A stretch of DNA of 64,000 nucleotides from an uncultured Phascolarctobacterium sp. Its GTDB lineage: Bacteria; Bacillota; Negativicutes; Acidaminococcales; Acidaminococcaceae. The notes under the pieces are model-generated. The model saw only the letters and a program-made list of their open reading frames with translations, ran no database searches and had not been told where the DNA came from. The stretch is taken from positions 53,239-117,238 of the forward strand of contig CASEIL010000005.1 of NCBI GenBank assembly GCA_949288065.1, read 5' to 3'. The stretch's first letter is position 1, and every line of letters begins with the position of its first letter. Of the stretch, positions 28,458 to 38,268 are shown piece after piece. Made by a program: the position numbers and the translations under genes.

Positions 28458-29302
28458 TTCTCTTCCTCCTTTAACTGATAGGCCTTAATCTGTTTTGCCA
28501 GCTTGGAATTAAACGCATGCCCGGATTTAACCGCGATAACATGCCCTTTAATCGGCCCCAGCAAATACAAATCGCCAATAACGTCCAAAATTTTGTGGCG
28601 GATAAGCTCATCCTCAAAACGGATTTTGGACAGAATTTTGTCATCGTCAAAAATAACTACGTTTTCTATGCTGCCGCCAAGGCCAAGGCCCATAGCCTGC
28701 AGCTGCTTAATCTCGTGCATAAAGCCCACGGTGCGCGCCCGCGCGATTTCCTTCAAAAAGCTTTCTTCCGTCAGCTCCACGTCAAAATACTGCGTGCCCA
28801 GCCTGGGGTGCTGGTTGATGGACACGAAGGAAATGCGGTAGCCGTCATAAGGCTGCACGGTGATATACTTATCGTCCTCGTAAACTGCAAAGGATTTCGG
28901 CACGGCGTAAACTTTGCGCTCAGCCTCCTGCTGCACGCGCCCTGCCTTTAAAATCAAATCGCAGAACACTGCGGCGCTGCCGTCCGTTACCGGCGGCTCC
29001 GGCGAGTTCATCTCCACGCGGCAGTTGTCAATGTGCATCATCGAAAGCGCCGCCATTAAATGCTCTACCGTAAACACCTCCGCGCCAGCGGCGCTTAAGG
29101 TTGTCGCCCTTAAAGTCGAAGTTACGTTTTCCGGCAGTGCGGGTATTTCCGGCTGCTCCGGCAAATCGGTGCGTACAAACACAATGCCGGTATCAGGCTC
29201 TGCGGGGCACAGCGTCATCAGCACATCCTTGCCGGAGTGCAGCCCCACGCCCGTGTAAGATATTTTTTGGGCTAAAGTCTGCTGATATTCCATATTCGGC
29301 AT
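28454..29302 (-). CDS. lpxC: UDP-3-O-acyl-GlcNAc deacetylase
   Basis: GVGLHSG, TVEHL, RHKILDVIGD, SGH. Confidence 0.97.
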   Translation of the reverse strand: MPNMEYQQTLAQKISYTGVGLHSGKDVLMTLCPAEPDTGIVFVRTDLPEQPEIPALPENVTSTLRATTLSAAGAEVFTVEHLMAALSMMHIDNCRVEMNSPEPPVTDGSAAVFCDLILKAGRVQQEAERKVYAVPKSFAVYEDDKYITVQPYDGYRISFVSINQHPRLGTQYFDVELTEESFLKEIARARTVGFMHEIKQLQAMGLGLGGSIENVVIFDDDKILSKIRFEDELIRHKILDVIGDLYLLGPIKGHVIAVKSGHAFNSKLAKQIKAYQLKEEEK

Positions 29303-29316
29303 ACTTCCCTCCTGTT

Positions 29317-30207
29317 TTATTTTTTACCGGCAAAACGCTGCCGGCCGTCCTTCCAGCGGTCATGCACCCAGAACCACATCGGCGGGTTTTCGATAATCTC
29401 GTGCTCCAGCACCGTAATGAGTTCTTTGGTTACATCGTAATAATCCTGCTCTTTATTTTTGGTTTTAGGCGTATACAGCGGCGGGTAAATTTTCGCGCGC
29501 AGCGTACCGTCCGGGTTATTGTGCATAAATATCGGCAGTATCGGCGAACCATACAGCCTTGAAAGCACGGCAGGCCCGTAAGGCGTAATGCACTTTTTGC
29601 CAAAAATTTCAATTTCCACGCCGTCGTCGTTGGTGTCCTGGTCAAACAGCACGCCCAAAAGGTGCTTTTCCTTCAGCATACGGCTGATGGCGAGAAGCCC
29701 CGTTTTGCCGCGGTTGTAGGCCACCTTCTGCCCTACCATCTCACGGTATTCGTTAATGAATTTATCCATGTGGCTGTTGTTCTGCTTACGCGTGATGGAA
29801 AGCATCGGGTAGCCGTGCAGCGCCACAGTCGCGCCCAAAAGCTCCCAGTTGCCAAAATGGCCGGTCGCCATAATAACGCCCTTGTTTTCCTTATAAGCAG
29901 CTTCCAAGTATTCCAGCCCTTCCACCGTTACCAGCTTGTCGATGTTGTCCGGCTTTAAAAGCGGAAAGCGCATAACCTCCACAATCATCCGCCCAAAGCG
30001 GTGCAGGCTGTCCTCGGCAATCTGTCTGGCGCGCTTCTCGTCCACACCCAAACATTCCTGCACGTTGGCAGCCGCCATTTTTAAACGCCAGCCCGGCGTT
30101 GCCCACACGGCAACCGTGCCTAAAAAATGCGCCACGCCATTACGGATAAACTTTGGCGAAACACACATCAGCCAGCTGAAAAATTTACAAATATAATACG
30201 CAATCAA
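29317..30207 (-). CDS. Second lipid A late acyltransferase (LpxL/HtrB family)
   Basis: GHFGNWE, FDQD, WFWVHDRWK. Confidence 0.9.
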   Translation of the reverse strand: MIAYYICKFFSWLMCVSPKFIRNGVAHFLGTVAVWATPGWRLKMAAANVQECLGVDEKRARQIAEDSLHRFGRMIVEVMRFPLLKPDNIDKLVTVEGLEYLEAAYKENKGVIMATGHFGNWELLGATVALHGYPMLSITRKQNNSHMDKFINEYREMVGQKVAYNRGKTGLLAISRMLKEKHLLGVLFDQDTNDDGVEIEIFGKKCITPYGPAVLSRLYGSPILPIFMHNNPDGTLRAKIYPPLYTPKTKNKEQDYYDVTKELITVLEHEIIENPPMWFWVHDRWKDGRQRFAGKK

Positions 30208-30228
30208 CTACAACACGTCCTGCAATGC

Positions 30229-31260
30229 TTATTTTTTCAGTTCAGCCAGTTCTTTTTCCAGCTGCTTAACCTTTTTAATCAGGTCGCCCACCTTGCGCAG
30301 GTTAGCCTCGTGCTTCAGCCATTCCTTGTAAGGCTGCGCCGGGAAACCCGCGCACACGGAATTATCCGGAATGTTATGGGTAATGCCCGTCCTGCCGGCA
30401 AACTGGCAGTTGTTGCCGATAGTAATGTGGCCAACCGTGCCCACCTGCCCGGCAAATACGCAGTTATCGCCTGCTGTTACGCTGCCGCTGATGCCGACGT
30501 GCGCTACAACCAGGCAGTTTTTGCCCAAAACATCGTTATGGCCCAGGTGTACCAGGTTATCAATCTTCGTGCCTGCGCCGACCACAGTGCTGCCTGCGGT
30601 TGCCCTGTCGATGCAGGAATTGCTGCCAACCTCAACCTCGTCCTCCAGCACCACGTTGCCTGCCTGCAATACAAAGCTGTGCTTGCCGGTAGTTTTATCG
30701 GTAATGTAGCCAAAGCCGTCGCCGCCGATAACAGAACCGCTTTGCAGCACTACCTTATTGCCCAGCACGCAGCCCTCGCGGATGGTTGCACTGGAGTAGA
30801 ACAGGCAATCTTTGCCAACCTTGACGTTTTTGCCCACATACACGTTAGGGTAAATTACAGTGCCGTCGCCAATTTCCGCACCGTCGTCAATATAGGCAAA
30901 CGGCATTACGGCAACATTAGCGCCCAGCTTCGCCGTAGGCGCCACATAAGCGCGCTCGCTTACCACGCGCTCTACTTCCGCCCTGTGGCGGAACAGTTCT
31001 AAAAGCGCGGCAAAGGCAGCGCGCGGGTTTTCCACGCGGATGACGGGGCGGTTATCCGGCAGCTTCGGGTCGTTTACGCCCAGCACCATTACGCCCGCCT
31101 TGCTTAAATGGCAGTGCTCCACATGGGGCGGCACGGCAAACGAAATATCGTTCGGGCCTGCCTCCACCAAACCGTTAACGCCGGTAACCTTCAGCTCCGG
31201 CGCATCGTTTTCAAGTGTGCCCTGCAAAAATTCTGCTAATTCACGGACAGTTTTTTCCAT
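30229..31260 (-). CDS. lpxD: UDP-3-O-acyl-glucosamine N-acyltransferase
   Basis: IGGDGFGY, CIDRA, KIDNLVHLGHN. Confidence 0.96.
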   Translation of the reverse strand: MEKTVRELAEFLQGTLENDAPELKVTGVNGLVEAGPNDISFAVPPHVEHCHLSKAGVMVLGVNDPKLPDNRPVIRVENPRAAFAALLELFRHRAEVERVVSERAYVAPTAKLGANVAVMPFAYIDDGAEIGDGTVIYPNVYVGKNVKVGKDCLFYSSATIREGCVLGNKVVLQSGSVIGGDGFGYITDKTTGKHSFVLQAGNVVLEDEVEVGSNSCIDRATAGSTVVGAGTKIDNLVHLGHNDVLGKNCLVVAHVGISGSVTAGDNCVFAGQVGTVGHITIGNNCQFAGRTGITHNIPDNSVCAGFPAQPYKEWLKHEANLRKVGDLIKKVKQLEKELAELKK

Positions 31261-31327
31261 CTTGCAGCCTCCTGTATCAGCCGGCATTTAAAAAGCGGGC
31301 AGCCTTGCCGCCCGCCTGTTGCCGGTT

Positions 31328-31738
31328 TTATTTCATTTTAGCAATTACGTCCTGCGTTACGTCAACGCCGCCCTGCGGCACAGCGTCCTTAATCAAAACA
31401 GCGCCTAAGCCTTTTTCCTTGGCTACTTCGTTTAAAGCGGTATCAAGGCTGGCTTTTAATTTATTCTGCGCTTCAGAACGGATGACGTTCATTCTGGAGG
31501 TGTAATCCTCCATTACTTTCTTTCTTTCATCACCGGTTTTGCCTTCCAGCGCGGTGTTCATTTCTTCCTGTAAAGCCTTGCCCTTGGTGGTTACTTCCTC
31601 CTGCACGGTTTTTACAACAGCGGCCTGGCTTTCCACAGCACGCATATCAACCACGCCAAATTCGGCATTGCGGCCGCTGCAGCCAAAGCTCAGCAGCGCC
31701 GTTGCGGCTAAAAGCCCGGCGATAATTTGTTTTTTCAT
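31328..31738 (-). CDS. OmpH/Skp-like lipoprotein
   Basis: Lipobox SFGC; GVVDM...VAKEKGLGAVL...GGVDVTQDV. Confidence 0.82.
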   Translation of the reverse strand: MKKQIIAGLLAATALLSFGCSGRNAEFGVVDMRAVESQAAVVKTVQEEVTTKGKALQEEMNTALEGKTGDERKKVMEDYTSRMNVIRSEAQNKLKASLDTALNEVAKEKGLGAVLIKDAVPQGGVDVTQDVIAKMK

Positions 31739-31753
31739 GTTTATTCTCTCCCG

Positions 31754-32671
31754 TTATTTTGATTTTTGCAGCCCGTTTATTACCTCTTTGGTAATATCGT
31801 CCGCCTTAACATTTACCTTAACCTTACTAAAAACAATGGTGTAGCCGCGTTCCTTTGCCAAACGCTCCACCCTGCCTTCAATATCGGTTTTAATTTCAGC
31901 GGCAATCTTGTCGTTGCCCTCTTTAATTTTGCCGAGGCGCTTGTCGATAACCTCCAGCACGCCGCTAAAGGCCTCCGGCCCTTTTTTCAGGTCGGCGTTG
32001 TCTTTGGCAATATCGTCTGCCAGCTTGCCGTTAAGCTCGCCGCGCAGCTGTGCGGCGTAGGCGGCAATGCGCCCCTGCATTTCCTCGCGGTAGGGCGCGG
32101 TTTTTTCGGCAATAATCGCCTCGCGCTTAGCGTTAACCTCTGCCAGCTTCTGGTTTTCCTCAGCGTGCAAAGCCTTAAGTTCGTCCGTCAGTTTTTTGCG
32201 CTCCTCAGGCTTTAAGCGCAGCGTGTCCAGCTGTAAGCGGATGTTAAAAATACGCAGGCGGTAATCGTTTTCGATACTTTCGTGCTCCGCCGCCAGCATT
32301 TCGTCGGCTTCGGCGGCAGCCTGCGCAAGCACTGCCTTAAAATCGTGCTGCTCCTGCGCCTGCTTCGCGTACAGCGAGGTGCGGTAATCCGCCTCGTAAT
32401 AGCTGCTTTTGCTGTTTTGCTTAATTTTTTGCAGCAGCGCCAGCCCCGCAATCTGCTTTTTGGCAATATCGGCCTGCTGGTCGCGGTAGGCTAATAACTT
32501 ATCGTATTCAGCCTGCCCCTGCTTTAACGCCTCATGCCGGGGGTGGTTTTTTACGGCTTCCTCCCAGTTAAGGTAAGCAATTTTTTCACCGCTGCCGGTG
32601 GGCAGCTTACCGCAGGCGCTTATGCAAAAAACGGCTATGAACATTACTAATGCAATTTGCAGATAACGCAT
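31754..32671 (-). CDS. Long coiled-coil OmpH/Skp-like lipoprotein
   Basis: Lipobox ISAC; IAYLNW..HP; C-terminal LAKERGYTIVF..DITKEV. Confidence 0.75.
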   Translation of the reverse strand: MRYLQIALVMFIAVFCISACGKLPTGSGEKIAYLNWEEAVKNHPRHEALKQGQAEYDKLLAYRDQQADIAKKQIAGLALLQKIKQNSKSSYYEADYRTSLYAKQAQEQHDFKAVLAQAAAEADEMLAAEHESIENDYRLRIFNIRLQLDTLRLKPEERKKLTDELKALHAEENQKLAEVNAKREAIIAEKTAPYREEMQGRIAAYAAQLRGELNGKLADDIAKDNADLKKGPEAFSGVLEVIDKRLGKIKEGNDKIAAEIKTDIEGRVERLAKERGYTIVFSKVKVNVKADDITKEVINGLQKSK

Positions 32672-32725
32672 ACTACCTTCCTTTCATAGCCCTAAGCAAA
32701 CAGGACCCGTCAGGGTCCCGTAAGA

Positions 32726-33211
32726 TTATTTTCCGCTTTGCAGGGTTTTTGCCACTTCGTCAGTAATATCGAGACCACCGTAAATTACGGTATTTTTTTC
32801 TACTACAACTGCCAGGCCTTTTTTATCGGCCACTTTTTTAATGGCTGCTTCAATTTTCTGGAACACAGGCTCCATCAGTTCTTTTTCCCTGTTGGCGATT
32901 ACCTCCTGCAGCTGCTGGTAATAACGCTGCTTTTCGGTATCGTTCATATTCTGGCTTTTTTCGTCAAAGTTTTTCTGCTGGGTTGCAATTTCCTGCTTCA
33001 TGGCTTCTTCAACACTAGCCAGGTCAGGCGACTGAGAAAGAAGCATCTGGTAATTTACAACGCCGATAGCGGATTCGGAGGAAGCCGCCGAGGCAATGCC
33101 GGAAAAAGAGCCCTGCTGCAAGGTAATGGCAAAGCAGCTGAGGACAAAGATTGCGGCAACAAACAAAGAAATCATCTTTACGTTTTTCGGATTGCGTAAT
33201 TGCTGCATCAT
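32726..33211 (-). CDS. ompH: OmpH/Skp chaperone
   Basis: IGVVNY...VADKKGLAVVV..YGGLDITDEV; promoter TTGAAA-17-TATAAT just upstream. Confidence 0.9.
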   Translation of the reverse strand: MMQQLRNPKNVKMISLFVAAIFVLSCFAITLQQGSFSGIASAASSESAIGVVNYQMLLSQSPDLASVEEAMKQEIATQQKNFDEKSQNMNDTEKQRYYQQLQEVIANREKELMEPVFQKIEAAIKKVADKKGLAVVVEKNTVIYGGLDITDEVAKTLQSGK

Positions 33212-33285
33212 AATAAATATCCCTGCTTTCAAATTTAATTATATTTTTAATTATATCAGCCCTGCGTTTATCTTTCAACTAATGC

Positions 33286-34509
33286 CTAATAAACGTATTC
33301 AGCGCTTAAAAATTCGTGTATTCTGTAACGCACGGCAATTTCTGTGGTGTCCGTGCCCGAAAAATATTCGGTGCGCAAACGCCATTTGCTGGTAAAATCG
33401 TATTCGCCGCGGAACACGTTCTGACCGTCGGGGCTGCGCCGCATATAGCTCAGCGTTGCCTTGCCCCAGTGCCGCGCATAGCCTGCGGAAAAATCCCAGT
33501 CTACCTCGTCCAGCGTTACGCCTGCCTCGCCAAAAATTTCGTCGCGGCCGGAAATAAACTTGCCGATGTGCGCGCGCCCGGAAATATTATCGTCGTTGCG
33601 GCCAATATCGCCGTAGCCTTCAAACCAGATTTTGTATTTATCCGAGCCCATGTTAATTTCTACGCCCAGCGTGCTGCCCGGCAGCAGCTTAACCGCCGGT
33701 GCTAACTGGTGCATGCGCACTGATTTTTCGTTTTCCAGTTCAGTTAAAAGCAGGCTTTCCAGCTCCGCCTGATGGCGCTTAACATAATCCACCGGCAGCC
33801 CGCGCAAAGCGTCCGCCTTTTCGGCATAGCGCTGCTTTAAATCCAGCAGCAACAGGTTCGGTATGGATTCCGACGTCATGGAATAGGCCACGTTCTGCAC
33901 CAGCTGCCCCACGGGGTAAATAACCACCTGCACCACGGTGCGGCTGTCCTCACGCACAACGTCCACCGCTGCCTTAAACTCCGGCAGGCTGGCTTCCACC
34001 TCGCTGCGCACTAAGCGCCGCAAAATGCCGCCCGCCCAGTCGCTGGCGTCTACCGAAGAGCCGCGCAAAACGCTCTCAATGCGCTCTTCCAGCCCCGGCA
34101 CCTGCTTTTTTAAAAGCTCTGCCGTGCCCGGCTCCACGCCGGAAAACTGCAAATCTACAAACACCTCGTCCACAGCGGCGCTCCAAGGCGCAACCTGCAT
34201 ATTAATGCTGGTTACGCTGCCGGCGCTGACGCTGACGCTTTCCATCTGATAGCCTGTCAGCACCCTGTCGCCGATTTCCGCGAGCAAACGCTCGTAATCG
34301 CCGCGCGCGGCATTGATGTTTACACTGTCCTTATCAAGAAAAAGCTGTTCGGAAACCACCTGCATGCTTTTGGCCATGCGCTCCAACAGCACGCTGCTGG
34401 TGCTGCCGGTATCGGTAATATGCACCTCAACGCGCTCTACGGGGGCTGCGCACGCAGGCAGCGCCGCTGCCCACACAAGGCAGCACAGCACAAGCCTTAC
34501 TAACAGCAT
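33286..34509 (-). CDS. Conserved exported protein of the OM cluster with C-terminal amphipathic beta-strands
   Basis: Signal peptide; helical/POTRA-like N-part; alternating aromatic strands at the C-terminus; directly after bamA. Confidence 0.75.
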   Translation of the reverse strand: MLLVRLVLCCLVWAAALPACAAPVERVEVHITDTGSTSSVLLERMAKSMQVVSEQLFLDKDSVNINAARGDYERLLAEIGDRVLTGYQMESVSVSAGSVTSINMQVAPWSAAVDEVFVDLQFSGVEPGTAELLKKQVPGLEERIESVLRGSSVDASDWAGGILRRLVRSEVEASLPEFKAAVDVVREDSRTVVQVVIYPVGQLVQNVAYSMTSESIPNLLLLDLKQRYAEKADALRGLPVDYVKRHQAELESLLLTELENEKSVRMHQLAPAVKLLPGSTLGVEINMGSDKYKIWFEGYGDIGRNDDNISGRAHIGKFISGRDEIFGEAGVTLDEVDWDFSAGYARHWGKATLSYMRRSPDGQNVFRGEYDFTSKWRLRTEYFSGTDTTEIAVRYRIHEFLSAEYVY

Positions 34510-34515
34510 AGTTTA

Positions 34516-36936
34516 TCAGAACTGGCCGCCGAAGCTGAAGTGGAACATGCCGCCGTCGTCGCCCCAGCCGTAATCCAGCTTAACAGGGCCGAGCGGGGAA
34601 TTAATGCGCAAACCAGCACCAAAGCTGTTCTTAATGAGGCCGAGGTCGAAGTCGTCCTCGAAGCGTTTATCCCACGCGTAGCCGTTGTCGGTAAAGAGTA
34701 CGCCCTGTACCTTTTTGATAATCGGGAAGCGGTATTCCAAAGTAGCCTTTAACATGCTGTTGCCGCGGAACTGGTCGTCCTCGTAGCCGCGCAGGGTGTC
34801 GCTGCCGCCCATCGAGAAGCGCTGGCTCAAAGGCATATCGCCGTCAGCCCAGCCTGCGCCCAGGTTCAGCGCCCATACGCTTTCGCCGCCGGCACGGTAG
34901 TAATAACGCCAGTCGGCAGTAAATTTGGTAAAGTCAAAGTCGCCGCCAAGGCCTGCCCATTCCACACTGTAACCAATGCGTTTGCCTTCGTGCGGGTCGT
35001 AAATATTATCGCGCGAATCGAATACGCGGCCCAAAGTGATACTGCGGGTTACGCCGAAGTTTTCATCGCGGCGTTCTTCTGCCGTTTCAGGATAATACGG
35101 TTTATCATGTGTCGAATCATTAAACTGGTTTTCATAGTATTGATCAGTATCGCCTTCGTAGCCGTCTGCTTCGCCCTTATAGATATCATCACGGTTTTTC
35201 AGCGTTACATAGTTGCTGATAAATTCATTATCAGTCCTGCGGCTGAAGGTTAATTCCTGGCCGCGGCGCTTTTTGTCGTAGCGCGCAATTTCGTGTGCGT
35301 CGATGTCGTAGTCAGCATATTCGTTGGTAACATCGTATAATACGATGGTTGCCTTGGTTTCTTTATCGTCAATCCACGGTTTTACATAGGTAAATTCATA
35401 GTTCTTTTCATCCTCGCCGCCGAACTCCCAGCGTACGTTTACGCTGTCGCCGGTGCCGCGGAAGTTTCTGTCGCCGACGGAAACCATACCGATAAAGCCG
35501 TCAGCGTTGCTGTAACCTGCGCCGATGCCGAAGGTACCGGTGTTCATTTCCACAACGGTAATTTCAATTTCCACGCCGTTAGGCTCCTGCCCCGGGTTCA
35601 GCTTAATGTTAACGTCCTCAAAATAGCCGAGGTTATAAATGCGCTGCATGCTGCGGCGTGCGTCCTTGGCGTTGAACGGTTCGCCCTTTTTAAGCTTCAT
35701 CTCGCGGGTAATAACGTAATCCTTGGTTTTTACGTTGCCCTTAACCTTAAAGTCCTCTACAACGCCCTCGTTTACCAAAAGCAGCAAAGTGCCGTCTGGC
35801 AGCATGCGGATATCCGCCACGCGCGCAAGGATATAGCCCTGTTTGTTGTATTCTGCCTCAAGGCGCTGCACTTTGACGTTAACGTCTTTAATATTAATAA
35901 TTTCATCCTTCGGCAAATCTAAAATCTTTTCAATTTCGCCGTCGGAGATTTTGGTATTGCCTTCAACCTCTAATTTCTGGTACACAGGGTTTTCCAAAAC
36001 ATGGTACACCAACTGTACGCCCTCCGGAACCTCTACAAATTCCGGCTGTAAATCATAATACCAGCCCAAACCGTAAATGGCGTGCAGGTCTTTGGCAAGG
36101 CCTTCCTGCGTCAGCTCCATGCCCGGCTTGGTGGTAATAACTGCTTCAATATCCTCGGCTTTGGTAATTTTGTTGCCTTTAACGGAAATTTTAGTAACTA
36201 ATTTGCCGATGTAAGGGGCAGCCGGTTCACTGGCGCGCATCTGCTGCGCCACCGGCATGTTCAGCACTGGCTCCTGCTTTACGGCATTGGTCTGCGCATT
36301 CTGCTGCATAGCCTGCTGGGCGGTGCGCTGCTGCTCCACCTCGGCCTGCCATTTCTGGCGTTCTTCCATCGTCATCGGGCGCAGGGTGCCGTCCGCCTCG
36401 CGGATCATCGGCTCCTTAATTTCGCCCGGCTGCTGCTGGCCTGCGGTTACCTGCCCGTCGGCTTCGCCGCTGCCGTCAGCAGTTACAACGGCTTCGTCCT
36501 GCACGGCCTGTGCTCCGCTTTCTGCGGGTTCTTCAGCCTGCTGGCTCTGTGCAGCCTGTTCCGGCGTTTCCACGCCGCTGCCGCCTTCGCGCACTACGCC
36601 CTTGCCGGGCACAATTTCAACAATCCTGCCGCTGCCGGATTTACCGCCACTCTTATAATTCGGGTCAGAAATATCCTCGGACGGTTTATTGTGCATATAA
36701 TAGGTGTATTTGCCGTCCTTGCCCTTTTTAGGAAAGGATTTGCCTTCTGCCTCCTGGGCCTTTCTCATCTGCTCCAGCGCCTTCTGGCTGACAATCTGCT
36801 CCTTGCCGCCGATATTCATCGTCTGGTTGGCAACAACGTCAGCCGCCGATTCGTTCTGCTCTGCGGCCCACACCGGCGCTGCAAAAAGCACCGCCGCCAA
36901 ACCCAGGGATAACTGTGCGTATTTTCTCTTGTTCAT
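34516..36936 (-). CDS. bamA: BamA/Omp85 outer-membrane assembly factor with long N-terminal extension
   Basis: POTRA motifs (VKGNVKTKDYVITRE, IYNLGYFEDV), LRGY, SPLGPVKLDYG, terminal FSFGGQF. Confidence 0.95.
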   Translation of the reverse strand: MNKRKYAQLSLGLAAVLFAAPVWAAEQNESAADVVANQTMNIGGKEQIVSQKALEQMRKAQEAEGKSFPKKGKDGKYTYYMHNKPSEDISDPNYKSGGKSGSGRIVEIVPGKGVVREGGSGVETPEQAAQSQQAEEPAESGAQAVQDEAVVTADGSGEADGQVTAGQQQPGEIKEPMIREADGTLRPMTMEERQKWQAEVEQQRTAQQAMQQNAQTNAVKQEPVLNMPVAQQMRASEPAAPYIGKLVTKISVKGNKITKAEDIEAVITTKPGMELTQEGLAKDLHAIYGLGWYYDLQPEFVEVPEGVQLVYHVLENPVYQKLEVEGNTKISDGEIEKILDLPKDEIINIKDVNVKVQRLEAEYNKQGYILARVADIRMLPDGTLLLLVNEGVVEDFKVKGNVKTKDYVITREMKLKKGEPFNAKDARRSMQRIYNLGYFEDVNIKLNPGQEPNGVEIEITVVEMNTGTFGIGAGYSNADGFIGMVSVGDRNFRGTGDSVNVRWEFGGEDEKNYEFTYVKPWIDDKETKATIVLYDVTNEYADYDIDAHEIARYDKKRRGQELTFSRRTDNEFISNYVTLKNRDDIYKGEADGYEGDTDQYYENQFNDSTHDKPYYPETAEERRDENFGVTRSITLGRVFDSRDNIYDPHEGKRIGYSVEWAGLGGDFDFTKFTADWRYYYRAGGESVWALNLGAGWADGDMPLSQRFSMGGSDTLRGYEDDQFRGNSMLKATLEYRFPIIKKVQGVLFTDNGYAWDKRFEDDFDLGLIKNSFGAGLRINSPLGPVKLDYGWGDDGGMFHFSFGGQF

Positions 36937-36951
36937 TCAAATCCTCCCTAA

Positions 36952-37437
36952 CTAATCAGCATCCTGCAGAACCTGCCTGCCTGTCCTGACAAGCTGCTGC
37001 AAATCTTTTTCAGCTAAATAATTTTTGTGGTTTTCCTCTTGGGGTATATTTAAAGCGGCTGCCGCCGGATTACTGGCTTCCGGCTGCTGCCGTTTGTTAA
37101 CTTCTGTTTGCTGCGGCACATCCGCCTTAGCAATGGGCTTAGGCTGCACCGCCGTTACTGCTGCTGCCTTTTGCTGTGGCGGCGCCTCCTGCGATACGCC
37201 TGCGTACCACCAGCCGCCGTAACCGGCCAGCACCAAAAGCACTGCCAGCGCCATAGCCAGCTTCTGCCTGTTCCATACCGAGGCCGTGCCGCGCTTTTCG
37301 CGCAGGTAACGGATGGAAGCCTCTGCCAGCATTAAATCCAGCTCGCCGCGCAGCCCGTTGTTTTTACGGAAGCTCTGCCCGGCGTTATCGAGGCTGCATT
37401 TTATATCGTTTATGTTGTCGTAAATATCCTTTGCCAC
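36952..37437 (-). CDS. Single-TM hypothetical protein (anti-sigma-like topology)
   Basis: Cytoplasmic N-domain (RGELDLMLAEA), one TM, Pro/Gln/Ala-rich tail. Confidence 0.7.
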   Translation of the reverse strand: MAKDIYDNINDIKCSLDNAGQSFRKNNGLRGELDLMLAEASIRYLREKRGTASVWNRQKLAMALAVLLVLAGYGGWWYAGVSQEAPPQQKAAAVTAVQPKPIAKADVPQQTEVNKRQQPEASNPAAAALNIPQEENHKNYLAEKDLQQLVRTGRQVLQDAD

Positions 37438-37587
37438 CGGCCAAACCCTCCTGCGCAGACTAATTAAAATATATAATCTGTTTTTTCAGGAAATTTTAAC
37501 CGGACAAAATTTATTATATTTTCTCATATTCCGGCGTTTAAATCAATAATTTACCTAAAAAAGGTTAAAAATACCTGTTTTCTTCAA

Positions 37588-38229
37588 TTAGCTTCTTTTT
37601 AAATCGGCAATAAAATGTGAAAGCATGCCGCGGATGCGTTTAACGCCGCGCTTTTGCAGGCGGTAAATATGCGCCAGGCTGACGTGGATACTGTCGGCCA
37701 TATCGGCGGCACTGCGGTCCTCCAGGTAAATGCCCGTCAGCACCTGCTGCTCCTTATCGGGCAGGCGGTGCAGGGCCTGCGTCACGCGGTCGGCCAGCAT
37801 GCTCAGCTCTGCCTCCTCAAACGGGGTGCGGCCGCCCGCTGCCAATACATCCGCCCAGGCGATGCCTGCGGAATTGGTATCGTCCAGCGAAAAGCTGCTG
37901 CCGCTGTCCTCGCGCTGCAAAAAGTCCAGCATCCTGCCGCGGATGCGGTGCACCGCAAACACGCTGAAGGCAATGCCGCGCGTGTAGTCGTAACGCTCGG
38001 CGGCCTCCAAAAGCCCCAGCATGCCCTCCTGCACCAGTTCCATCAGCTGCTGCTCGGGCAGCTTAAAGCCCGCCGCCGTTTTAAACACCAGCGGCTGGTA
38101 GGAGGTCATTAATGTATTATACGCTTGTTGGTCGCCACCGGCATAGCGCTGCCACAGCGCCGCTTCCTCCTCGCGCGAAAGCAGCGGCGTTTTTTGCAGT
38201 TCCGCCAGATATTCCTTCAGCATCGGCAT
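37588..38229 (-). CDS. Alternative sigma-70 family factor (FliA/SigD-like)
   Basis: ELVQEGMLGLLEAAERYD..RGIAFSVFAVHRIRGRMLD; region 4 LPDKEQQVL..SLAHIYRLQKR. Confidence 0.9.
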   Translation of the reverse strand: MPMLKEYLAELQKTPLLSREEEAALWQRYAGGDQQAYNTLMTSYQPLVFKTAAGFKLPEQQLMELVQEGMLGLLEAAERYDYTRGIAFSVFAVHRIRGRMLDFLQREDSGSSFSLDDTNSAGIAWADVLAAGGRTPFEEAELSMLADRVTQALHRLPDKEQQVLTGIYLEDRSAADMADSIHVSLAHIYRLQKRGVKRIRGMLSHFIADLKRS

Positions 38230-38268
38230 ACCTTCTTTATACTTTAGTCAACATATCTTAATTTTTAC

